24,035 nt of DNA from a virus (IMGVR_UViG_3300043452_000034:1-24035); one strand, 5' to 3'. Shown: positions 6,902 to 14,665, numbered from the stretch's first letter. Made by a program: numbers and translations. Notes: generated by a model from the sequence alone, not told the origin.

Positions 6902-6928
6902 GTGGTATTTGACAGTATTTAGATTTAT

Positions 6929-6957
6929 TTGCAAAACAGTAAGATTTATGCTATACT
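6929..6957 (+). promoter_or_regulatory. Rightward sigma70-like promoter
   Basis: TTGCAA-17 nt-TATACT with TGn extension. Divergent from 6873-6901. Confidence 0.7.
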
Positions 6958-6982
6958 TAACTTTTAGTTTTAAAAAGTAAAT

Positions 6983-7201
6983 ATGAATATTTCAAAAACC
7001 ATTGATCTAAAGTTTGAGTCTTGGCTTAAAGAAAAAGACACTAAAGGTGTATCTCGTTATGAGCAATGTACAGCATACCTTACAAGCTCTGAAAAAGAAT
7101 ATGCCTTTGCCTTGATGCGGCTAGCGTTTGTAGCCGGGTATGTTCGCGGCAAAGGTCTAGTTGGTGGAGAATCCGGAGACCAGTGTGCCAAAGCGTCTTA
7201 A
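6983..7201 (+). CDS. Small hypothetical protein (72 aa)
   Basis: First ORF after the rightward promoter. Confidence 0.65.
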   Translation: MNISKTIDLKFESWLKEKDTKGVSRYEQCTAYLTSSEKEYAFALMRLAFVAGYVRGKGLVGGESGDQCAKAS

Positions 7202-7700
7202 CCCCGAAATACCTGTAAAAAGGCTACAGGAGCTGTATAGCTATGATTTACAGCTTGGAGAGATTCGCAACAGGGTAAACAATCGCAGGATTCTTCCTGA
7301 CCCCGATAATGGCTCTGTCGTCTGCTACGATTCACTGACAGGTCTTCGCAAAAAGATGCTATACAGAAATTTAGCCTATGCCCTTGGTGGTGGAAAGTTT
7401 ATACCCACTCAACACAAGATTCTTCCGCTAGACCTAGATGATAAAAACATTAAGTTTAATAATCTCAAGTTAGTCAGCCAAGGTATCTACTGGGATATTA
7501 AGATTGCACTGCGAAACCTGCTAGGGGAACTGAAGATTACACAGCATCCAACGGATAAGAACGCGCACGTTGTGCAATGGGTAACTAGAAAACAACACCG
7601 TACTGTGGTCACATATGATATTGGTAACGCAGAGGCTTTAAAACATGAGAAAGCCTTGGAATTTTCTAAAGTAGTTAATCAACACATAAGAAGTGATTAA
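7185..7700 (+). CDS. Degenerate HNH-like protein, probably nuclease-dead
   Basis: GTG start with GGAG. YSYD..LG and YRNLAY...G...ILPLDLDDKNIKFNNLK align with YDP..G and AHRLAW...G.WP..VDHIDG..NNKIDNLR of the three HNH proteins in this window, but the His residues are absent. Confidence 0.6.
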   Translation: MPKRLNPEIPVKRLQELYSYDLQLGEIRNRVNNRRILPDPDNGSVVCYDSLTGLRKKMLYRNLAYALGGGKFIPTQHKILPLDLDDKNIKFNNLKLVSQGIYWDIKIALRNLLGELKITQHPTDKNAHVVQWVTRKQHRTVVTYDIGNAEALKHEKALEFSKVVNQHIRSD

Positions 7701-7747
7701 ACACTTAGTGCTTAAATTGCACTAGGCAAAGCATTCGTGTTTTTCCC

Positions 7748-7776
7748 TTGATTTTTTAGTAAATCTGTTATATAAT
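7748..7776 (+). promoter_or_regulatory. sigma70-like promoter
   Basis: TTGATT-17 nt-TATAAT preceded by TTTTCCC. Same motif at 18287-18315. Confidence 0.75.
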
Positions 7777-7996
7777 AGCTTGTCAAACAAGGAAAGCCAT
7801 AATAACAATAAATATACTGCAAAGAACTGTCTTGCGGAATTACTACAATAAAAGCGTTTGAGTTGTTTGATAACAACCGTCAGTATTTCGATCAATGCCT
7901 GTTATCTCTTTTAAATGCATTAAAATATCGACATGACTGAGTGAGAACCGTAACTCACCCCTTCGGGGCTCTATAAATAAATAAGAATAATAAGAA

Positions 7997-8194
7997 ATGA
8001 TCTGCATTAATTGCAATTCGTATTACAAGACAAGCTCTTGGAACAATACAAGATTCTGTAACAACTGCTGCCTGTGTGATAGTAGCAACTTGTCAGAAAT
8101 AGCTCCCACAGATGAAGACGTAACTGACGAGATTACACGGTTACAAGAACAACGTGGCACAGGGCGTACCAAGCCTTTGTTTTACAATGACTAA
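7997..8194 (+). CDS. Small Cys-rich putative zinc-binding protein (65 aa)
   Basis: CxxC...CxxC (CINC, CNNCCLC) followed by an acidic stretch. Confidence 0.65.
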   Translation: MICINCNSYYKTSSWNNTRFCNNCCLCDSSNLSEIAPTDEDVTDEITRLQEQRGTGRTKPLFYND

Positions 8195-8362
8195 ATTATC
8201 CTTTTTATACCACATTTTGAATTTTGTAGTATAATTGAATTTGCTGGGGTCATTCCCTAGATGAACTTGGAATAGCAGGATAAACAAGTGAAGTATAGTG
8301 TTTTGACTCTGTTTGCAATCCGTAGCAATCCGTAGTGTTTGTAGCGGCGTAAAAGAGGTATT

Positions 8363-8419
8363 TCCAATGTAGCTCAGTCGGTAGAGCCTTGGGTCGCTGG
8401 TTCAAGTCCAGCCATTGGT
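8363..8419 (+). pseudogene. tRNA-like element lacking the anticodon arm and CCA
   Basis: Acceptor CCAATG/CATTGG, D arm GCTC-AGTCGGTA-GAGC and T arm GCTGG-TTCAAGT-CCAGC are all intact, but only 8 nt separate the D and T stems. Confidence 0.75.
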
Positions 8420-8575
8420 TATTATTTCTCAGAATCTGCAAAAATGCCTAATCAGCAGCCCATCTTTGAGGGTAGAAAGCAAGGAACTTTTAGTAGCTTG
8501 CGCAAGCAAGGAAGCATTGTGATGATGTTGTCAAACAAAGTTTGCAAAAGAACGAAGAATCCTGAGAAATAATAA
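8419..8575 (+). ncRNA. Candidate structured small RNA inside the tRNA cluster
   Basis: Perfect 14-bp closing stem TTATTATTTCTCAG/CTGAGAAATAATAA. Nested TGCAAA/TTTGCA and AATGC/GCATT helices. CTTGC-GCAA-GCAAG GNRA hairpin. No ORF. Confidence 0.5.
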
Positions 8576-8586
8576 TTAAAAATTAC

Positions 8587-8663
8587 AGCAGGGTGGAGAA
8601 GTGGTCTATCTCGGAAGTCTCATAAGCTTCAGACCGTTGGTTCAAATCCAACCCCTGCTTCCA
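8587..8663 (+). tRNA. tRNA-Met(CAT), initiator-like D arm
   Basis: Acceptor AGCAGGG/CCCTGCT, anticodon arm GAAGT-CT-CAT-AA-GCTTC, T arm GTTGG-TTCAAAT-CCAAC, encoded CCA. Confidence 0.9.
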
Positions 8664-8670
8664 TAATAAC

Positions 8671-8715
8671 CTGAGTGTAGGGCAGCCCGGTTAGCCTACT
8701 TGCCTTGGAAGCAAA
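8671..8715 (+). pseudogene. 5' part of tRNA-Pro(TGG), truncated by HNH gene
   Basis: CTGAGTG-TA-GGGC..GCCT-A-CTTGC-CT-TGG-AA-GCAAA, then the HNH ATG at 8716. No matching T arm or acceptor 3' strand found. Confidence 0.75.
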
Positions 8716-9138
8716 ATGACAAAAGATATTAAAATTAGGACATGCAGTAAGTGCTCGCTCCAGTACAACCATTATAATCAGAAGTGCTCTTTTTGCAAAG
8801 TATGTAAGCGAGAATACGATAGAAATTATCACAAAGCTAGACCTGATGAAATTAAACAAAGAAAATTAAAGTTACAAAAAGACAGGTTAGTAGCTGCACG
8901 CAAATTCTTGTATGAATATTTATTAAACCATCCTTGTGAAGTCTGTTGTGAATCCGATCCTGTTGTTTTAGAGTTTGACCATTTAAATAGAACCTTAAAA
9001 GAAAATAATGTATCGAACATGGTTTGCTTTTCTATAGAAAATCTAATTAAAGAAATGGCAAAGTGCCGAGTATTGTGCGCTAATTGCCACAGAAGACATA
9101 CCGCTAAACAGATGAGTTGGTACAAATTTAAAACATAG
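8716..9138 (+). CDS. Zn-binding HNH endonuclease
   Basis: CxxC pairs, LEFDH...N and LCANCH motifs. Confidence 0.85.
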   Translation: MTKDIKIRTCSKCSLQYNHYNQKCSFCKVCKREYDRNYHKARPDEIKQRKLKLQKDRLVAARKFLYEYLLNHPCEVCCESDPVVLEFDHLNRTLKENNVSNMVCFSIENLIKEMAKCRVLCANCHRRHTAKQMSWYKFKT

Positions 9139-9167
9139 ATGCTAAAATAGTCAAGTAACCAAACAAA

Positions 9168-9243
9168 AAGTCCTTAGCTCAAATGGTAGAGCGTTAGTCT
9201 TTAAAACTAAAGGTTCACAGCTCGAAACTGTGAGGATTTGCCA
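9168..9243 (+). tRNA. tRNA with anticodon TTA (putative stop suppressor) on a tRNA-Trp-like body
   Basis: Acceptor AAGTCCT/AGGATTT, discriminator G, CCA. Anticodon arm TTAGT-CT-TTA-AA-ACTAA. T loop is the atypical CTCGAAA. Confidence 0.75.
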
Positions 9244-9249
9244 AAATAT

Positions 9250-9324
9250 TTCCCAATAGCTCAGTGGTAGAGCGCTTCGCTGTTAACGAAGATGTCGCAC
9301 GTTCGATCCGTGCTTGAGGAGCCA
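9250..9324 (+). tRNA. tRNA-Asn(GTT)
   Basis: CTTCG-CT-GTT-AA-CGAAG, T arm GCACG-TTCGATC-CGTGC, GCCA end. One acceptor mismatch. Confidence 0.9.
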
Positions 9325-9331
9325 ATATATA

Positions 9332-9405
9332 GCTCTTGTAGTATAGTGGCAGTACAGTTGCCTTGTAAGCATCAGGCTGTGGTTTGATTCCATGCTAGAG
9401 CACCA
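9332..9405 (+). tRNA. tRNA-Thr(TGT)
   Basis: GTTGC-CT-TGT-AA-GCATC, ACCA end. T loop TTTGATT is atypical. Confidence 0.8.
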
Positions 9406-9445
9406 GTTTTGCTTTTCCGTTCCCCGATAAATGGGCGGTGAGCTT

Positions 9446-9519
9446 GCAGCCTTAACTTAAAGGTAGAATCTCTTCCTTCCAAGTAGAGTGTAAGTGTTCG
9501 ATTCACTTAGGCTGCTCCA
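9446..9519 (+). tRNA. tRNA-Gly(TCC)
   Basis: Acceptor GCAGCCT/AGGCTGC, loop CT-TCC-AA, T arm AAGTG-TTCGATT-CACTT, TCCA end. Confidence 0.85.
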
Positions 9520-9546
9520 AGTTTGCATTCGTTACGCGAATAAATT

Positions 9547-9622
9547 GCACCCATCGTCTAATGGCTAGGACACCTGGTTTTCATCCGGGCAATCGCGAGT
9601 TCAATTCTCCGTGGGTGTACCA
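9547..9622 (+). tRNA. tRNA-Glu(TTC)
   Basis: Acceptor GCACCCA/TGGGTGT, CCTGG-TT-TTC-AT-CCGGG, ACCA end. Confidence 0.9.
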
Positions 9623-9676
9623 GTCTTATCTCTTCGCTTTTTCAGCGCGGGTTCTCCCGTTCCCATTGAGTCAATT

Positions 9677-10357
9677 ATGCCCTTTAATGCACAACTGCAA
9701 AAACCACTAAGTAAAAGAAAAGTTGTACCAGAAATCGGTACAGGCTTAACTACACGTGAGTTGCGTGAAAAAAACTTACTTTCAATGGTACGCCGAATTA
9801 AGCCTAACGTGCCAAAAGCCTTGAAAAAAATGGTAGGGCTGATGGCAAGGGAAAACCCCGATTCTACACTAAATCCGGACAGTATTAGATTACTTGCTTC
9901 CAAGTTTGTCATAGACTTCTACCTAGACCTTGTTAAATCACTCTACAAGCAAGAATATGATGATGAGCAAGGGGTAGATATACAACGTAGTGCTGCGTAC
10001 CGCGTAGAGGGTTCTAATGTAGTTCAGCTACAAGATAAAGTAGAAGCCCCTGAAGGTGATGTCCAGACTAACAAGCAACTACGGGCAAGACAACTATTGT
10101 TATTGACCAGAAAGTTTAAACCCAACCTTGCTGAAGCACTCAGAACACTCAATGAACTAATCGAAGCGGAGAAGTCTGCTCCTGTCGTAAGGTACAGCGC
10201 TAGTAAATTCTTGATTGAAACAAGTAAAAAGCTAACCACAGATATTTACAAAGATAAATACGACGAAGAAGAGGGTGAAGAGATTGAGCAAGATATTGCT
10301 CCAGTATTCTCCTTGACTATGCTTCGGACTGAGAATACCAATAAAAAAGATGAGTAA
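9677..10357 (+). CDS. Putative terminase small subunit with tandem-duplicated domain
   Basis: Immediately upstream of and overlapping the large terminase. The 9611 start lies inside tRNA-Glu, so ATG 9677 is preferred. Confidence 0.6.
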   Translation: MPFNAQLQKPLSKRKVVPEIGTGLTTRELREKNLLSMVRRIKPNVPKALKKMVGLMARENPDSTLNPDSIRLLASKFVIDFYLDLVKSLYKQEYDDEQGVDIQRSAAYRVEGSNVVQLQDKVEAPEGDVQTNKQLRARQLLLLTRKFKPNLAEALRTLNELIEAEKSAPVVRYSASKFLIETSKKLTTDIYKDKYDEEEGEEIEQDIAPVFSLTMLRTENTNKKDE

Positions 10358-11816
10358 CATTTTATTTGCTCCAGCTAGTGAAGCACAACAAGCATTCTTA
10401 CTGAGTAAGAGCTGGTTCACCATATATGGTGGTGCTGCTTTCGCTGGAAAGTCCATGTGCTTACTCGGCAGCATGTTACCGATAATCCATCATCCCGGTA
10501 CGAGGGCACTGATTATCCGTAAAACAACGAAGATGCTGACAGGTTCGGGGTCATTGTTTGACGCAGCAATCACTTTGTATTCTAAGATTGATCCTAAGTT
10601 GAAAGTCAAGTCAAGGGATTTGAAACTGGTGTTTTCTTCTGGTGCAGAGATACAGTTTACATACCTAGATAAACCTGCTGACAGAATGAATTTGCAGGGC
10701 AAAGAGTTTTCCCGTCTTTGTCTTGATGAGTGTCAACAGCTAGACGGTGATAACGTGTTTTACGCCCTGTCTCGCTTACGATCTACAATGGTAGATTACC
10801 CCCTACAAGTTCATGCAACTTGCAACCCTGATCCAGACTCGTTTCTAATGAAGTTTGTTGAGTTTAGTTTAGGGGATGATTTAATTCCTAGAAGTTCAGC
10901 AAGAGAGGAAGAACGTTATTTCGTAAGAGATTCTTTTGGATTGCACTTCTATAATAACTATGACGAAGCGTTCAGAAAGCACCCGCCCGACAGTAGAGGT
11001 GATTCACCAGTTAAATCTTATAGGTTTGTACCTGGGAAGATATTCGACAACCCAGTAGGGCTTGAGCAAAACAAGGGATATATTTCTACGTTAAAAGCAC
11101 TACCTCCAATCGAGTCCAGAAGACTTTTACATGGTGCTTGGGTCAGAGAAAGTAAATCAGGTTACTTCAAACGAGAGAATGTGGCTATCGTAGATAACAA
11201 GTGCCCTTATCCAGTAAAAAGTGTTCGTGCTTGGGATTTGGCATTTACTCCACCTAGTGAGTCAAGGCCTGATGTAGATGCTACATGTGGTGTGCTTGTA
11301 ACAAAGGACAAAGCCAGTGTGTACACAGTTGAAGACTTAACGATGGTTAGAGACAGAGTTCACGTTGTTGAAGAAGCAATTTTTAAGACAGCATCCAAGG
11401 ACGGAACAGAGGTACTAATATCGTTACCACTTGACCCCGGTGCTACAGCAGGGGCCTACTGTAAGGACTTGGCTAGAAGACTAGCGGAGTTAGGTTATAC
11501 GGTTAAGTTGACTAGACCAGAGAAGGGTAAATTGCAAAGATTTCTTCCTTTTGCAAGTGCAGTAGAAACAGGATATGTGCAGTTTGTTCGTGCAAATTGG
11601 ACTGATGACGCTTTTACTGAACTAGAGAAGATGGACTTCACCAACAACACACATGATGATGTTGCTGACACCCTTAGTGATGCGTTCTATCATCTGAACC
11701 AAGGTGGTGTGCAACTCCCAGACAGCTTCGTTCTACCAGACTTATCAAGTCGTGTATCAGCGTTTGGTTTTCAAGATGCAACTATTCCTAGAGAACTCGT
11801 AACAAAATTAAATTAA
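10350..11816 (+). CDS. terL: Terminase large subunit
   Basis: Walker A GGAAFAGKS, Walker B LCLDE, motif III ATCNP, nuclease motifs RAWDLA and HDDVAD. Confidence 0.95.
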   Translation: MSNILFAPASEAQQAFLLSKSWFTIYGGAAFAGKSMCLLGSMLPIIHHPGTRALIIRKTTKMLTGSGSLFDAAITLYSKIDPKLKVKSRDLKLVFSSGAEIQFTYLDKPADRMNLQGKEFSRLCLDECQQLDGDNVFYALSRLRSTMVDYPLQVHATCNPDPDSFLMKFVEFSLGDDLIPRSSAREEERYFVRDSFGLHFYNNYDEAFRKHPPDSRGDSPVKSYRFVPGKIFDNPVGLEQNKGYISTLKALPPIESRRLLHGAWVRESKSGYFKRENVAIVDNKCPYPVKSVRAWDLAFTPPSESRPDVDATCGVLVTKDKASVYTVEDLTMVRDRVHVVEEAIFKTASKDGTEVLISLPLDPGATAGAYCKDLARRLAELGYTVKLTRPEKGKLQRFLPFASAVETGYVQFVRANWTDDAFTELEKMDFTNNTHDDVADTLSDAFYHLNQGGVQLPDSFVLPDLSSRVSAFGFQDATIPRELVTKLN

Positions 11817-11826
11817 GGGAAGCCCT

Positions 11827-13311
11827 ATGGCTCGTACAAAAAAAGAAATAGTTGAAAAAGCGAGTCTATTAGATACTCCCGAAAGATTTAAGCTTGGGGC
11901 TATTGGTTACTCTGGTTTCAAGATGTTTGATGGTGTTGTCGAAACTGAAATGGTTTTGGACTTGAAGTATCCCAAGTCCAATGAGACTTACGATAAGATG
12001 ATGCTACATCCTGCCATCAATGCTTCTGTAGCGTTACATAAATCAATGGTAGGCAAGGCTACATATCGTTTCTTACCTCCAAAAGATGCTACTGACGATG
12101 AGCAAAACAAGACAGAATTAGTTGAGCAGATGTTTGGAGACATGGAGACTACTTTAGAGAACGTAATCTCCGAAGCCATGACAATGGTTGATTATGGTTT
12201 TGCACCGCTTGAAAAAATTTATCGTAAAAGAGCAAAAGACACGGGCAGTATTTACGATGATGGTTTAATCGGTATTAGAAAGATCAGCCTACGGCATCAG
12301 AAGTCAATCTCTAAGTTCGTTTTCGACGAAGCTGGTGAAAATATCAAGGGTATTAAGCAAGACATTTCTCTGCTTTCTGATCCTTATAACCGTTACAGCA
12401 GTATAGGGAAAACTTCTGCTGTTATTCCTCGTAATAAGTTTTTGTTGTTTACAGCAGGTAATACAAAGGCTAATCCCTTTGGTACAAGTCCTCTGCGCAA
12501 CGCCTATTTGCCATGGAAATATTTACAGGCAATAGAAGAATTGGAAGCATCTGGTGTGTCTAAAGACCTTCAAGGTCTACCAATGCTAAGTATCCCTGCA
12601 CAGTATATGTCCGAAGACGCTAGTCCTAGCCAAAAGCAGTTCTACCAGTACGCACAGAACCTTGTTCGCAATGTACAAATGAATAGTCAGTCAGGAATAG
12701 TCATGCCAATGATCTATGACCCTGAGACTAGACAACCTCTGTTTAAGCTAGAGTTGTTGTCTACTGAAGGTAAGAAGAACTACGACCTGAACAAGGTCAA
12801 GGAATATTACCGCATGATGATCTTCATTGCTTTGTCTTCTGATGTATTACTTCAAGGAGCAACCAGCGTAGGTAGTTTTGCACTAGGTGCATTGAAGAAC
12901 TCACTCACAGGACAAGCAGTTGAGAACTATGTAAAGCATATTGTTGAAGTTATCAATAACGACTTGATTCGTCAAATCTATGAATTAAACAACTGGGATG
13001 TTAGTCGCAGATGTAAGCTGGATTACGAAGGGTTTGAAGACTACGACTTGGACACTTTCTCGAAGATGATCCAACGTGCTGCTGCAACAGGTATGCTGCC
13101 TAAAACACTTGATGTAATCAATGCTGTACTTAGAAGTATTGGTGTTGATGAGCTGCCTCCTACAACTACTCAAGAAGAGCTAGAGAATCTGCTTACTCCC
13201 AAAACTTCCAAATCAGGACAGGGTATGCAAGAAGGTCTTAACTCCGGCACTGGTAGTGCTGACGGTAGTTCCGGTAATGCATCGGATATGAATGGAGATA
13301 ATGCAGCATGA
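11827..13311 (+). CDS. Portal protein
   Basis: 494 aa directly after terL. YGFAPLEKIY, NPFGTSPL and GSFALG motifs typical of portals. Confidence 0.85.
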   Translation: MARTKKEIVEKASLLDTPERFKLGAIGYSGFKMFDGVVETEMVLDLKYPKSNETYDKMMLHPAINASVALHKSMVGKATYRFLPPKDATDDEQNKTELVEQMFGDMETTLENVISEAMTMVDYGFAPLEKIYRKRAKDTGSIYDDGLIGIRKISLRHQKSISKFVFDEAGENIKGIKQDISLLSDPYNRYSSIGKTSAVIPRNKFLLFTAGNTKANPFGTSPLRNAYLPWKYLQAIEELEASGVSKDLQGLPMLSIPAQYMSEDASPSQKQFYQYAQNLVRNVQMNSQSGIVMPMIYDPETRQPLFKLELLSTEGKKNYDLNKVKEYYRMMIFIALSSDVLLQGATSVGSFALGALKNSLTGQAVENYVKHIVEVINNDLIRQIYELNNWDVSRRCKLDYEGFEDYDLDTFSKMIQRAAATGMLPKTLDVINAVLRSIGVDELPPTTTQEELENLLTPKTSKSGQGMQEGLNSGTGSADGSSGNASDMNGDNAA

Positions 13312-13673
13312 AACCCGCAATAGTAAACTTACTAATCTCACGAGGTGCTACTTTTCGTAAAGGCTTTAAGTGGGTTGATAAAGCCACTGGCCTTCCAAGA
13401 AACCTAACAGCCTGTACTTTCAAGATGCAAGTGCGTGCTGCTAAGTCGTATCCACCACAGCCTGTAATTGCAGAGTTTAGTACCCTGAACGGCAAGATAG
13501 TTTCCACAGACCTCCTAAACGGCACTTGGGAACTCTTCCTTCAGGACGAAGATACTCTGCTTCTGAACTTCCCAACAGCAGTTTACGACATTGATGTTGT
13601 TTTCCCCAGTGGTGATATTTTGACCCCTGTAGAAGGAACATTTGAGCCACGTATCAAGGTGACCCTACAATGA
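13308..13673 (+). CDS. Virion structural protein (BppU N-terminal-like adaptor domain)
   Basis: I.RGATF...NLT..TFKMQVR...AVYDI...EG pattern typical of fibre/baseplate adaptor domains. ATGA-coupled to the portal. Confidence 0.55.
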   Translation: MKPAIVNLLISRGATFRKGFKWVDKATGLPRNLTACTFKMQVRAAKSYPPQPVIAEFSTLNGKIVSTDLLNGTWELFLQDEDTLLLNFPTAVYDIDVVFPSGDILTPVEGTFEPRIKVTLQ

Positions 13674-14140
13674 GTAATTGCGAAATAATCATTGTCACGG
13701 AAGATGTTGTTTCGCAGATAGTAGCCAACGAGGATGTGTTTTCTGTAATCGAGGTTACTGGAGTAGGCCCAAAGGGTGATCCCGGTATTGCTGGTGGTGC
13801 TACCTTTCAGCTACTAGCGGCGGAAAACATCTCAGGCCTAAAAGCAGTATACGCAACTTCTACAGGTGCACGAACAGCAGATAAGTCTGCATTTGCCTCT
13901 TCTCAGGTTGTAGGTATTAGCAAGAACTCTACTTCAATTGGCGGTTTTGTAGAAGTTCAACCCTCTGGTGAAATGCAAGATACTAGCTGGAACTGGACAC
14001 CGGGACTGCCCCTGTATCTATCTACTTTTGGGAATATTAGCCATGTTGTGCCTACGATTGGTGAACATGTAGAAATTGGTGTAGCTATGACTAGCCAAAA
14101 AATTATTATCCGTATACAACCCCCCATCACTTTAAATTAA
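13670..14140 (+). CDS. Putative head fibre/decoration protein with short collagen-like stretch
   Basis: GVGPKGDPGIAG, then AENISG..AV, WTPG.PLYL..G and IGVA. Confidence 0.55.
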   Translation: MSNCEIIIVTEDVVSQIVANEDVFSVIEVTGVGPKGDPGIAGGATFQLLAAENISGLKAVYATSTGARTADKSAFASSQVVGISKNSTSIGGFVEVQPSGEMQDTSWNWTPGLPLYLSTFGNISHVVPTIGEHVEIGVAMTSQKIIIRIQPPITLN

Positions 14141-14152
14141 AAGAAGAACATT

Positions 14153-14665
14153 ATGGCGAAATTTATTAAACGCAACGCTACTAATGGGCGTTACGAAGAG
14201 GAATCTGGTGTCACTGTAAGCTCTGGTGCTGCAGATGTAGGCAAGTTCCCACAATTTGACGCAACGGGTAAATTGGACGCAAGCGTATTACCAAGTGGTA
14301 TTGGCGCTGAGACTGAAGCTGCTGTAGCGACTGAAGCGCTGGCAGCGGGTGATCTTGTCAATACTTTTGATAATGCAGGGACTAAAGGCGTACGCAAAGC
14401 TAACGGTTCGTCGCCGGGTTTAGAGGCCACAGGTTATGTACTGGCGGCGTTTGCAGCAGCGGCTACCGCTACGGTGTTCACTGACGGTGCGAATACAGCC
14501 CGCACAGGCTTGACAGCAGGCGCAACGTATTATCTTGGCGCAACAGCAGGTTCAATTACGCTGACACCGCTTAGCACTGCAGGGCAGGTTCACCAGCGCG
14601 TAGGCAAAGCTTCTAGCGCAACGTCGCTAGTATTCGAGCATTTTGACGCTATCACCTTAGCATAA
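14153..14665 (+). CDS. Putative head fibre/decoration protein
   Basis: DATGKLDASVLP, ATEALAAGDLV, GLTAGATYYL and VGKA.SAT. Similar fold pattern to the preceding gene. Confidence 0.55.
   Translation: MAKFIKRNATNGRYEEESGVTVSSGAADVGKFPQFDATGKLDASVLPSGIGAETEAAVATEALAAGDLVNTFDNAGTKGVRKANGSSPGLEATGYVLAAFAAAATATVFTDGANTARTGLTAGATYYLGATAGSITLTPLSTAGQVHQRVGKASSATSLVFEHFDAITLA

Noticed and set aside
8363-8575. tmRNA, 6S, SRP or Y RNA assignment
   Set aside because: No Ala acceptor identity or tag ORF, no SRP domain IV consensus, a branched rather than rod-like fold, and the tRNA-like arms are in normal rather than permuted order.
8237-9155. Group I intron (P-like GAATTTGCTGGGG at 8237, Q-like AATCAGCAGCC at 8450, weak S-like AATAGTC near 9146)
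   Set aside because: No R element or P7 found, no exons, and an intact tRNA-Met lies in between.
8250-9912. ORFs 8250..8441, 8629..8859, 8829..9125, 9601..9912 and the 9611 start
   Set aside because: Antisense to or overlapping tRNA genes and real CDSs.
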